From Parasphingorhabdus sp. (GTDB lineage: Bacteria > Pseudomonadota > Alphaproteobacteria > Sphingomonadales > Sphingomonadaceae), in the NCBI GenBank assembly GCA_048270065.1, contig JBLWTQ010000014.1, positions 11,921 to 75,920 of the forward strand: 64,000 nt of DNA, given 5' to 3'. This document shows positions 52,578 to 61,607 of the stretch, in pieces. The notes under the pieces are model-generated. The model saw only the letters and a list, made by a program, of their open reading frames with translations, did not search any database and had not been told where the DNA came from. Position 1 is the first letter of the stretch. Every line of letters starts with the position of its first letter. The translations under genes and the position numbers were made by a program.

Positions 52578-54383
52578 ATGTCAATAAGAAGACTTCCAAA
52601 TAGCCTGATAAATCGGATCGCCGCCGGAGAGGTTGTCGAGCGCCCCGCCAGCGCCCTGAAAGAGCTGGTCGAGAATGCGATTGATGCCGGGGCGAGCCAG
52701 ATCAATATCCGTCTTGAGCAGGGTGGGCTGGACCTTGTCCAGGTCGCCGATAATGGCTGCGGGATGAGCCGCGATGACATCGCATTGGCTCTGGAACGCC
52801 ACGCAACCTCGAAACTTCCGGACGAAGCGATTGAACTGGTGACCACGATGGGGTTTCGCGGCGAAGCGTTGCCGTCGATTGCCAGCGTGGCACGGATGAC
52901 CATAGAAAGCCGGATGGCCGGTGACGATGGCTGGTCCCGCGTCATCGATCATGGCGAACTGGTGCAGGAAGGTCCGACGGCCATTCCACCGGGAACGAAG
53001 GTACGGGTCGAGCAGCTGTTCGCCAATGTGCCGGCGCGGCGCAAATTTCTGCGCACCGCGCGCAGCGAATATGCTGCCTGCACCGACATTGTCCGGCGTC
53101 TGGCGATGGCGCGGCCCGATATCGGATTCACGCTGGAGCATCAGGGGCGCAAGGCGATTGCGGTCCAGGGCGGGGAAACCGGGCCCGAACGGGTTGCTGC
53201 GCTGACCAGCCGCGACCTGCGCGCCAACAGCGTCGGCGTTGATCTGCAACGGGAGGAGATCCGGCTGACCGGCGTGGCCGGCCTGCCAACCTATAACCGC
53301 GGTGTCGCCGATCACCAGTTTCTGTTTGTCAACGGTCGCCCGGTCAAGGACCGGTTGCTGGTCGGGGCGGTTCGCGGGGCCTATGCCGAGATGCTGGCAC
53401 GGGATCGCCATCCGGTCGTCGCCCTGTTCATCGACATGCCACCCGAACTGGTCGATGTGAATGTGCATCCGGCGAAGACCGAAGTGCGCTTTCGCGAACC
53501 GGCCATGATCCGCGGCATGATCGTCAGCGGCTTGAGAAAGGCGCTTGATGAGAGCGGATTCCGGGCCGTCCAGCGACCAGCCGAGTCGGTCTTGGGCAAA
53601 TGGCAGCAGGAACCCGCTGCTCCGGATCCGCAGACCAGTATTTTTACCGCGCAGGGCCGGGTCAATGTCGCACAGCAGCCTTATCCGGCGGCGCGGGTAG
53701 AGGAGGGGGGCAGCGCCTTCGCCGGCTTTGATCCGCACGAAGATATCGCTCCGCTGATGGGCAGGGCAGAGGAAGCGTCCCATCCGGTCCCCGAGGCCGG
53801 TCGCCATCCATTGGGCATTGCCCGCGGGCAAGTCGCAAAAACCTATATTGTCGCCGAGGCGGAAGACGGTCTGGTGATCGTCGACCAGCACGCGGCGCAC
53901 GAACGGCTTGTGCTCGAACGGATGCGCAAGGCGGTCGAGGGCGGCACCGTGGCGTCACAGGCGCTGTTGATGGCGGAAGTGGTGGAACTGGATGAAAATG
54001 CCTGTGACCGGCTGGAAGCCCGCGCCGCAGAATTGTCCGATTTCGGACTCGAACTGGAACGATTCGGTCCGACGGCGATGCTGGTGCGCGCGACACCCGC
54101 GATGCTGGGATCGGGCGATGCCAAGGAACTGGTCACCGATCTGGCCGATGAACTGGGCGCCTATGATCAGGCGCTCAGCCTGAGGGAGCGGGTTGATCAT
54201 GTGGCCTCGACGATGGCCTGTCACGGTTCGGTCCGGGCAGGGCGGGTGCTGAACGTGGCGGAAATGAACGCGCTGCTGCGCGAAATGGAAGTGACGCCGC
54301 ATAGCGGCCAGTGCAATCACGGCCGCCCCACATGGGTGAAGCTAGCGCTCGAAGATGTGGAAAAACTGTTCGGCCGAAAATGA
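52578..54383 (+). CDS. mutL: DNA mismatch repair endonuclease MutL
   Basis: IAAGEVVERPASALKELVEN, GFRGEALPSI, DQHAAHER, CNHGRPT. Confidence 0.97.
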   Translation: MSIRRLPNSLINRIAAGEVVERPASALKELVENAIDAGASQINIRLEQGGLDLVQVADNGCGMSRDDIALALERHATSKLPDEAIELVTTMGFRGEALPSIASVARMTIESRMAGDDGWSRVIDHGELVQEGPTAIPPGTKVRVEQLFANVPARRKFLRTARSEYAACTDIVRRLAMARPDIGFTLEHQGRKAIAVQGGETGPERVAALTSRDLRANSVGVDLQREEIRLTGVAGLPTYNRGVADHQFLFVNGRPVKDRLLVGAVRGAYAEMLARDRHPVVALFIDMPPELVDVNVHPAKTEVRFREPAMIRGMIVSGLRKALDESGFRAVQRPAESVLGKWQQEPAAPDPQTSIFTAQGRVNVAQQPYPAARVEEGGSAFAGFDPHEDIAPLMGRAEEASHPVPEAGRHPLGIARGQVAKTYIVAEAEDGLVIVDQHAAHERLVLERMRKAVEGGTVASQALLMAEVVELDENACDRLEARAAELSDFGLELERFGPTAMLVRATPAMLGSGDAKELVTDLADELGAYDQALSLRERVDHVASTMACHGSVRAGRVLNVAEMNALLREMEVTPHSGQCNHGRPTWVKLALEDVEKLFGRK

Positions 54384-54484
54384 GGTAATGGGCGTTAAAT
54401 CAACGGGTTGTGATCGACCTTATTGCCCGCTCATGACGCTGTCTGCTTTCAGTGCAGCTACGCCTAACCGGATTGTTCGACCAT

Positions 54485-55585
54485 TCAGACATTGAATTTG
54501 AAATTGAATATATCGCCATCTTTTGCGATATATTCCTTGCCCTCCTGACGAAGCTTTCCGGCGTCGCGGGCCGCGCTTTCGCCGCCTAGAGTGACATAGT
54601 CGTCGAATGCAATGGTTTCGGCGCGGATGAAGCCTCGTTCGAAGTCGCTGTGGATTTCGCCGGCGGCCTCGGGCGCTTTCGCTCCCTTGTGGACGGTCCA
54701 TGCCCGCGCTTCCTTGGGACCGACGGTAAAGAAGGTCTGCAGGTTGAGCAGCTGATAGCCGGCACGAATGACCCGGGCGAGACCCGATTCTTCCAGTCCG
54801 AGCTCAGCCAGATATTCGCTGCGTTCTTCCGGTTCCATGCTGACCAGTTCGGACTCGATGGCGGCTGAGACGATCACCGCTTCCGCGCCTTCGGCCTTGG
54901 CCTTTTCGAACACGGCAGCGCTCATCGCATTGCCATTTTGGGCATCGCCCTCGTCGACATTGCAGACATAGAGCACCGGCTTGGCGGTCAGCAGCTGCGA
55001 CTGGTCAAAAATTCTTTGTTCTTCCTCCCCTTCGGGTTCGGTAAGCCGCGCCGGTTTGCCTTCGCGCAACAATTCCAGTGCCTGGCCCAGAACATTGGCC
55101 GCGATCCTGGCTTCCTTGTCGCCGCTTGTGGCCTTTTTCTGGAATGCCGGAACCCGCTTCTCAAGGCTTTCCAGATCGGAGAGCAACAGTTCGGTCTCGA
55201 CGATCTCCGCGTCGGAAATCGGGTCAATCTTGTTCGAGACATGCTGGATATCATCGTCCTCGAAACAGCGCAGCACATGGACGATCGCGTCAACTTCGCG
55301 GATATTGCCGAGAAACTGGTTGCCCAGACCTTCGCCTTGCGACGCCCCTTTGACGAGGCCGGCAATGTCGACAAAGGCCAGCTGCGTTTCAATGATCTTG
55401 GCACTGTTGCCGATCTTCGCGATCTGCTGCAGCCGTGGATCGGGGACCGCGACCTGACCGACATTAGGCTCGATCGTGCAAAACGGATAATTGGCCGCCT
55501 GCGCTGCCTGTGTCTCGGTCAGCGCATTGAACAGCGTTGATTTTCCGACGTTGGGAAGACCAACGATACCGCATTTGAAACCCAT
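54485..55585 (-). CDS. ychF: Ribosome-binding ATPase YchF
   Basis: MGFKCGIVGLPNVGKSTLFNA, DIAGLVKGAS.GEGLGN, FTVGPKEARAW. Confidence 0.97.
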   Translation of the reverse strand: MGFKCGIVGLPNVGKSTLFNALTETQAAQAANYPFCTIEPNVGQVAVPDPRLQQIAKIGNSAKIIETQLAFVDIAGLVKGASQGEGLGNQFLGNIREVDAIVHVLRCFEDDDIQHVSNKIDPISDAEIVETELLLSDLESLEKRVPAFQKKATSGDKEARIAANVLGQALELLREGKPARLTEPEGEEEQRIFDQSQLLTAKPVLYVCNVDEGDAQNGNAMSAAVFEKAKAEGAEAVIVSAAIESELVSMEPEERSEYLAELGLEESGLARVIRAGYQLLNLQTFFTVGPKEARAWTVHKGAKAPEAAGEIHSDFERGFIRAETIAFDDYVTLGGESAARDAGKLRQEGKEYIAKDGDIFNFKFNV

Positions 55586-55586
55586 T

Positions 55587-56012
55587 TTATTGTTCCTGTG
55601 TCTGGGATGGATCGACAACCAGCAAGCGGCTGTCGGAAATGGCTGCCATTCTATGGCCGATTGTTTTCATATTGTCCGGATCCTGGGCCATCGCGAAGAA
55701 ATTCTCGACGCTGGACTGCCTGACCAGCAGTACATGATCCCAGACTTCATCGACCGGGCCGATGAAATAATGACCACCGGCACCGGAAAAAATCACATCG
55801 CCGCCGTGTCGCTGGACAATCGGCCGGGTGGCCGCTTCGTACAGCCGATAGGCTTCCGCACCGCTGATCGGTGTGGCCGGGGCCAGCTCGGGGAATGCCG
55901 AATAGTCGGCTATATCGCGGAATCGCAGCAGGTTCAGATTCACGACCGGGCCTTTCAGGCCGCGTGATAAAAGCTTCATAGCGGATTCGCGGGATGCTTC
56001 GAGATATTCCAT
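55587..56012 (-). CDS. DUF1330-like protein
   Basis: PVVNLNLLRFR, Y..Y, GG.V.F.G, WD.VLLV, HR.AA..DSRL pattern. Confidence 0.75.
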   Translation of the reverse strand: MEYLEASRESAMKLLSRGLKGPVVNLNLLRFRDIADYSAFPELAPATPISGAEAYRLYEAATRPIVQRHGGDVIFSGAGGHYFIGPVDEVWDHVLLVRQSSVENFFAMAQDPDNMKTIGHRMAAISDSRLLVVDPSQTQEQ

Positions 56013-56016
56013 GCCT

Positions 56017-56589
56017 CTAGTCTTCCTGCATCCGCATCGCATATTCGCTCATGAACCGCGCGTCATCATCTTTTGCCAACCAGTCCGCTTCACCTGCAAT
56101 GGCACCCAGCATATAAGCCAGATCGTCAATCTCTGCCTTGGCGTAATTGCCCAGCACATGCCCGGTCACCCGCGCCTTGTGTCCGGGATGGCCGATCCCG
56201 ATGCGCACCCGGCGGAAATTCGGGCCGATATGGGCGATCATCGACCTTATGCCGTTATGACCCGCTGCACCGCCGCCGCGTTTGACCTTGACCCTGAACG
56301 GTTCGAGGTCAAGTTCGTCATAAAAGACGGTGACATCCTCCGGCTGCAACTTGTAGAAATCCAGCGCGGCGCGCACGCTGCTGCCGCTTTCGTTCATGAA
56401 GGTCGCCGGTTTGAGCAGGACCAGCTTTTCACCGCCCAGCCGCGCTTCCATCGTCCAGCCCTTGAACTTCTGCCTGGGTGGCGGAAAGCCGTGCACTTCC
56501 TCGAGCGCGTCGATCACCATGAAGCCGACATTGTGCCGGTGCATCGCATATTGCGCGCCCGGATTGCCAAGACCGACCCATAGTTGCAT
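56017..56589 (-). CDS. pth: Peptidyl-tRNA hydrolase
   Basis: VGLGNPG..Y...RHNVGF, KP.TFMNESG, YDELD, GHNGIRS, RIGIGHP. Confidence 0.97.
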   Translation of the reverse strand: MQLWVGLGNPGAQYAMHRHNVGFMVIDALEEVHGFPPPRQKFKGWTMEARLGGEKLVLLKPATFMNESGSSVRAALDFYKLQPEDVTVFYDELDLEPFRVKVKRGGGAAGHNGIRSMIAHIGPNFRRVRIGIGHPGHKARVTGHVLGNYAKAEIDDLAYMLGAIAGEADWLAKDDDARFMSEYAMRMQED

Positions 56590-56631
56590 TTTCTAACGCT
56601 CTCTCCGCTCGCTCGCAGCTTCTCGACAGAC

Positions 56632-56675
56632 AAAAAACCGCCCATGCTGTGAAAAATCAGCATGGACGGTTTTTC
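56632..56675. terminator. Bidirectional terminator downstream of rplY
   Basis: aaaaaaccgcccatgctg / cagcatggacggtttttt inverted repeat. Confidence 0.8.
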
Positions 56676-56700
56676 GTTACATTGTTTGGTAAGGAAAGGT

Positions 56701-57381
56701 CTAGTCGTCCGAACCGCCTTCTTCGCCTTCAGCGGTTTCGCCTTCGGCACCTTCTTCGCCTTCTTCAGCCTCTTCGCCTTCAGCCTCCTCGGCTTCGTCT
56801 TCGGACGATTTGAGCGCGGATGGTGCGGTAACACCGGCAATGGTAAAGTCACGATCCGTGATCGAGCTTACCGATCCCTCGGGCAGGGTGACGTTGGAAA
56901 TGTGGATCGAATCACCAATTTCCAGTCCGGTCACATCGATTTCAATCTGATCCGGGATCTTGTCGGCATCACACATCAGATCCAGTTCGTAGCGTACGAC
57001 GTTCAGAACACCGCCGCGTTTCAGACCGGGGGATTCTTCCTCGTTGATGAATACGACCGGGATGTTGACCTGGACCTTCGCGCCTTTCGACAGGCGGAAG
57101 AAATCGACATGGATCGGACGGTCGGTGACCGGATCAAAAGCAACATCCTTTGGCAGAGTCCGGGCTTTCTTGCCGTCGACGTCGACCTGCACCAGCGAAT
57201 TCATGAAATGGCCGGTGCCGAGAAGCTTGTTCAATTCCCGTTCCTCGACGTGAATAGTCACGGCGTCTTTCTTGTCGCCGTAGATAACGGCGGGGACACG
57301 GCCTTCGCGACGCAGTGCACGGGAGGCTCCCTTGCCAGCCCGTTCGCGAGGCTCGGCTGAAATAGTCAGCTGATCACTCAT
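56701..57381 (-). CDS. rplY: 50S ribosomal protein L25/general stress protein Ctc
   Basis: [40 protein letters not shown], acidic tail. Confidence 0.96.
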   Translation of the reverse strand: MSDQLTISAEPRERAGKGASRALRREGRVPAVIYGDKKDAVTIHVEERELNKLLGTGHFMNSLVQVDVDGKKARTLPKDVAFDPVTDRPIHVDFFRLSKGAKVQVNIPVVFINEEESPGLKRGGVLNVVRYELDLMCDADKIPDQIEIDVTGLEIGDSIHISNVTLPEGSVSSITDRDFTIAGVTAPSALKSSEDEAEEAEGEEAEEGEEGAEGETAEGEEGGSDD

Positions 57382-57505
57382 AATGTTGCTCCAAAAATTA
57401 GGTTTTTAAGAATTCCGCCACGCCTCCAGGGTGCTCATGGCCGGAAAGAGGGCGCTATAAGATCGGATTATCGCAAAAGCAAGGGATTTGCGTGGTTGAT
57501 ATGGT

Positions 57506-58303
57506 TTAGCGGAAAAACCCGATCTGGGAGCTTGTCGCGAGCAAAATTCCGTTTTGCGACCAGATTTCGACCCGTCCGTCGGTGGCGCTGTTTCTGACCG
57601 TTGCGCCGGTCACCCGGAGCAGCATGAAATCGCTGCCGGTCGCCGCCAGATCTTCGTCGCTCGCATAAATATAGGTCGCCATCGATACGGTCGAGCCAGG
57701 GCGGAATTGTTCGGTGACAAAAAATGTCCGCGGCATCGGCGTATCCAGAATCGAAAGAAGGCTGACGCGGTCAACCGGACGACGGTCCGCTTCCCGGATC
57801 CAGACGATCGCTTCGGGTGATTCGTTGACGGCAAAGGGTATGCCCTTGGCAATGCGCTGATCATAGTTTGTGACCCATTTGGGCGCCATCGGGTTGACCG
57901 ATGGCAAGGAAATAGCGTCGTCCGGTGATTTGGTCGCCGGCATTTCCACCTGATAGTCGATATCGGTCGGACGGCGGGTGCTGGTCACGATATCGGCGGC
58001 GTTGGTCATTGCACCATTTTGCGACAGTTCGACCCGCCAGAACTGGGTCGAGGCCCCGGCCCGGAGCAGTTTGACGGACAGGTCGACTTCGCCCGGTCCG
58101 ACCCCGGTCATGAAGATTATCTGCTGTGAAACCAGCGGTCCGCGGCATTCCGGATGCATTTCGACCGCCCGGCCAGCGATGGCCGCGACCCAGCCCCCGA
58201 AAGCCATGCCGGTCGGATTGCGATATACGTCGCTCGCCTCGATGGTGAACTGCCCGTCTTCCAGCGCGATTAGCGCGGTTTCGCGATCAAATATAAATGT
58301 CAT
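57506..58303 (-). CDS. Acyl-CoA thioesterase-like (double hot-dog) protein
   Basis: FGGWVAA, VKLLRAG.ST, DTP.P, STVSM..Y, EIWS..G.LLATS.Q. Confidence 0.8.
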   Translation of the reverse strand: MTFIFDRETALIALEDGQFTIEASDVYRNPTGMAFGGWVAAIAGRAVEMHPECRGPLVSQQIIFMTGVGPGEVDLSVKLLRAGASTQFWRVELSQNGAMTNAADIVTSTRRPTDIDYQVEMPATKSPDDAISLPSVNPMAPKWVTNYDQRIAKGIPFAVNESPEAIVWIREADRRPVDRVSLLSILDTPMPRTFFVTEQFRPGSTVSMATYIYASDEDLAATGSDFMLLRVTGATVRNSATDGRVEIWSQNGILLATSSQIGFFR

Positions 58304-59230
58304 GCCAAGCCCTGATTACTGGATTTTTTCGATTTTATACCCGCGTTTGGCGAGCGTTGCCTGGACTGCATCCGGTCCGGCGAGATGGGCTGCGCCCACC
58401 GCGACCAGCGAGGTGCCGGGGCTTTGCAGGCGCTTGTCCAGCTGTTCCGCCCAGTCCAGATTGCGCGCCACCAGCAGATATTGGCGGGTCGTGGGATCGG
58501 TCAATATGCCGCCATCGGAAAGGGTTACGATTTCCGCGACATCGCCCGTCATCCAGGCGTTGAACAGCTTCTCAAACATTTTTCTGGAATCGCCCGAATC
58601 CTCTACCACGCTCGTCAGCATCTGGCGCTGCTGGGCCTCGGGAAGCTTGTCGAAATAGCCCAACTGCATTTCGATGGTCTCCAGCGCCTCGATCGGTTTT
58701 CCCGCTGTTTCAAACTGGGCGGTGAGTTTTTTCTCGACACCGCCGCTCGATTTTAACCCGAGACTCTTGGTCTGCGCGGATGCCAGCGACAGGGCCGCTG
58801 CCCAGGTTTCCATCCGGTTGAGCGTGCGCTCGGAAATATTGGCGGTGTCGATGATCCGGTCGAGGTCTTCGCGCAGGGACGGCTTGATCCGTGCATCGAG
58901 CTTCTCCTGTCCGGGGGAAACCGCCAGCCGGGAAAATATTTTGGCAGCATTGCCCGTGTCATCGAGACCGAGCACTTCAATCACCAGCCGGTCGGAATCC
59001 GCAATCGCTTCCTCCAGAGCCGGTGTCCGCCATTGGACATCGTCGGGCAGGATGTGGATGGTGCCGAACATATAGGCCACGCCGACCTGTTCGGGCCGGG
59101 TGCCGCTGACTTTCCAGAGCGCGGGCGTGCCGACCTTGACCGTGTCGAGGGCCACAGGCGCCGGTGCGCTGTTGCAGCCGGTGAGCATCAACGACGCAAG
59201 CAGCGTCAGGATAGAGGAGATAATATGCAT
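58297..59230 (-). CDS. TraB/GumN-family lipoprotein, copy 1
   Basis: Lipobox LTGC; PALWKV, FGTIHIL, LETIEMQL, RN..W, VGAAHL. Confidence 0.88.
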
Positions 59231-59282
59231 GTTACCTATCTGGTGTACTTGCCGGTAAAAGCAAATCCGGCGATGAGAATAG

Positions 59283-60230
59283 TCAATATTCGATCCGTTC
59301 TGCAACCCGTCCTTTTTGTGCGAGCAATGCCTGGAGGCTGCTTTCTCCGGCGAGATGGCCGGCACCGACCGCCATGAACACCGTGCCCGGCTGTTCCATC
59401 CGCTGATCGACCCATTCGGCCCAGCTGCTATTGCGATTGACGAGCAGGGTCTGGTACAGAATCTTGTCCTCCAGACCCGCGTTCATCAGTTCGGCCAGCG
59501 CATTGACATTGGCATTGGCCCATTCGGCGACCATCCGTTCCATGCCCTCGGCGGCCTCGTCAATCGTGGCGACGGTGAAGTTGAGAAAGCGGATCTGGAC
59601 CTCTTCGGGCAAATTGTCGAAGAAGCCCAATTGCTGCTCCGGTGTTTCGAGACCGGTGATTTCGATCATCCGGACCCTGGCCTGCGCCAGCAATGCATCC
59701 TCCACGCCCTGATTGGCTGCATATCCGTTGCGCATCAGCGGTATCAGCGAAAGATTGACGCTGGCAAACCAGGGGTCGAGCGGATCGAACGCGGCGACCG
59801 GCAGGTTCAGCCTGGTCAGCGTCGCTTCATAAGCCGCCCGGTCCTCCTCGGTCAGCTTGTCGCGCAGCGGTATACCGGTCTTGTCGATCGCCAGATCGTT
59901 GACGATTTTCACCATCACCGCCGGGTCGGGCTTGATCATCTCGACGACCAGTTCGTCCGAAGCATCAAAACTTTCTTTCACCGCCTCGTCGAACCAGGTC
60001 ATTCCGGGCTTCAGAATATGCACGGTACCGAACAGGTAGATGGTCGTGTCCTCGTCCCGGATCACCCAGAGCGCGGGGTCGGCATCGTCCGGCATGACGA
60101 CAGGCGCTTCAACCGTCGCGGGAACGGCGTTGCTGCCCGCGCTCGCTGCATCATTTCGCGTTGCCGGGCAGGCGGTTAGCGACAGATACAGCGGGAGAAT
60201 CAGGATATTGAAAAGCCAGCGACGCGCCAT
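59283..60230 (-). CDS. TraB/GumN-family lipoprotein, copy 2
   Basis: Lipobox LTAC; PALWVI, FGTVHIL, GLETPEQQL, RN..W, VGAGHL. Confidence 0.88.
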   Translation of the reverse strand: MARRWLFNILILPLYLSLTACPATRNDAASAGSNAVPATVEAPVVMPDDADPALWVIRDEDTTIYLFGTVHILKPGMTWFDEAVKESFDASDELVVEMIKPDPAVMVKIVNDLAIDKTGIPLRDKLTEEDRAAYEATLTRLNLPVAAFDPLDPWFASVNLSLIPLMRNGYAANQGVEDALLAQARVRMIEITGLETPEQQLGFFDNLPEEVQIRFLNFTVATIDEAAEGMERMVAEWANANVNALAELMNAGLEDKILYQTLLVNRNSSWAEWVDQRMEQPGTVFMAVGAGHLAGESSLQALLAQKGRVAERIEY

Positions 60231-60398
60231 GAACAAGTTGCTCCGAGAGAAGATAGGATGGGCTTCATTGAACAATTGACGGCAAATGCCCAGCAAAATT
60301 TGAGCCATGGACAGGCGGCAATGGCTATGGGCTGGCGGGTTTGAACGCGCAGCCAGTGATTGTAGGAGTGGAAGATCTGGTAGCAGCGGGATAGATAT

Positions 60399-60485
60399 TG
60401 TCGCGCCAGCGCAGGCTGGGGGCCAATCCGATCGACCGGGGGAGCCGTAGGTTGGGTTTGGGTGCCAGCCTGCGCTGGGATGACA
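60399..60485. repeat. 87-bp palindromic TGTC-tagged element upstream of glyQ
   Basis: Arms tgtcgcgccagcgcaggctgggggccaa / ttgggtgccagcctgcgctgggatgaca, each with an internal CCAGC-GCAG-GCTGG-type hairpin. Confidence 0.82.
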
Positions 60486-60582
60486 TTTTTATCCTGGCCG
60501 GAAGGAACTCCTCCCTTGACCCTCTGCCGCCCTTTCGCCAAAGCGGGCGGGAAATATTGCAGCCGCGAAGAAAGTCTTCCTC

Positions 60583-61455
60583 TTGTCCGATACGAAGCCG
60601 CTCAGCTTCCAGCAGATCATCCTGAAACTCCACAATTACTGGAGCGATCAGGGCTGCGTGATCCTGCAACCCTATGACATGGAAATGGGGGCCGGGACGT
60701 TCCACACCGCGACAACCCTGCGCGCGCTCGGTCCCGATCCGTGGAACGCCGCCTTCGTCCAGCCCTGCCGCCGTCCCACCGACGGCCGCTATGGCGAAAA
60801 TCCCAACCGTTTGCAGCATTATTACCAGTATCAGGTGGTGCTCAAGCCCTCGCCGCCGGATATCCAGCAACTCTATCTCGACAGTCTGGTGGCGATCGGC
60901 ATCGATCCGATGCTCCACGATATCCGCTTCGTCGAGGATGACTGGGAAAGTCCGACGCTCGGCGCCTGGGGGCTGGGCTGGGAAGTCTGGTGCGACGGCA
61001 TGGAGGTCACCCAGTTCACCTATTTCCAGCAGATGGGCGGCTTTGACTGCAAGCCGGTGGCCGGCGAGCTGACCTATGGGCTCGAACGGCTGGCCATGTA
61101 CATCCAGAATGTCGACAGCGTTTATGATCTGGATTTCAACGGCAATGGAGTGAGTTACGGCGATATCTTCATGGATAATGAGAAGCAGATGTCGGAGTGG
61201 AATTTCGAGGTCGCCGATACCGAAACCCTGTTCGACCTGTTCAACAAGGCGGTCGGCGAATGCGAGAACTGTCTTGACGCCAAGCTGCCGATCCCGGCCT
61301 ACGAGCAGGCGATCAAGGCGAGCCATGTCTTCAACCTGCTGCAGGCGCGCGGCGTGATTTCGGTCCAGGAACGCGCCAGCTACATGGGCCGCGTCCGCGA
61401 TCTCGCCAAGGGCAGCTGCGAGGCGCATATGGTCAAGAACGGATGGGCGGCGTGA
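60583..61455 (+). CDS. glyQ: Glycine--tRNA ligase alpha subunit
   Basis: [61 protein letters not shown]; TTG start. Confidence 0.97.
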   Translation: MSDTKPLSFQQIILKLHNYWSDQGCVILQPYDMEMGAGTFHTATTLRALGPDPWNAAFVQPCRRPTDGRYGENPNRLQHYYQYQVVLKPSPPDIQQLYLDSLVAIGIDPMLHDIRFVEDDWESPTLGAWGLGWEVWCDGMEVTQFTYFQQMGGFDCKPVAGELTYGLERLAMYIQNVDSVYDLDFNGNGVSYGDIFMDNEKQMSEWNFEVADTETLFDLFNKAVGECENCLDAKLPIPAYEQAIKASHVFNLLQARGVISVQERASYMGRVRDLAKGSCEAHMVKNGWAA

Positions 61456-61607
61456 AGGTTCTCGCAATATCTATTTCCTCCCCGTTGCGCAGCAATGGGG
61501 AGGTGGCGTCCGCCGTAGCCTTGGCGGAGGCGGATGACGGAGGGGCCCCTCCACCGCGCTGCGCGCGGTCCCCCTCCCCGTGCTGCGCACAGGGAGGAAA
61601 ATCATGA
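61452..61607 (+). CDS. 51-aa repeat-derived mini-ORF bridging glyQ and glyS
   Basis: GTG overlaps the glyQ stop (GTGA); open for 51 codons ([51 protein letters not shown]); TGA overlaps the glyS ATG (ATGA). Translation is not demonstrated. Confidence 0.4.
   Translation: MKVLAISISSPLRSNGEVASAVALAEADDGGAPPPRCARSPSPCCAQGGKS
61476..61598. repeat. 123-bp composite palindromic element, copy 1 (glyQ-glyS spacer)
   Basis: Terminal IR tcctccccgt / acagggagga; central palindrome ggaggggcccctcc; near-identical reverse complement of 62533-62655. Confidence 0.92.

Noticed and set aside
60311-60582. T-box or glycine riboswitch upstream of glyQ
   Set aside because: No T-box (UGGNACC) antiterminator or glycine aptamer consensus recognised; the structure present is the palindromic repeat.
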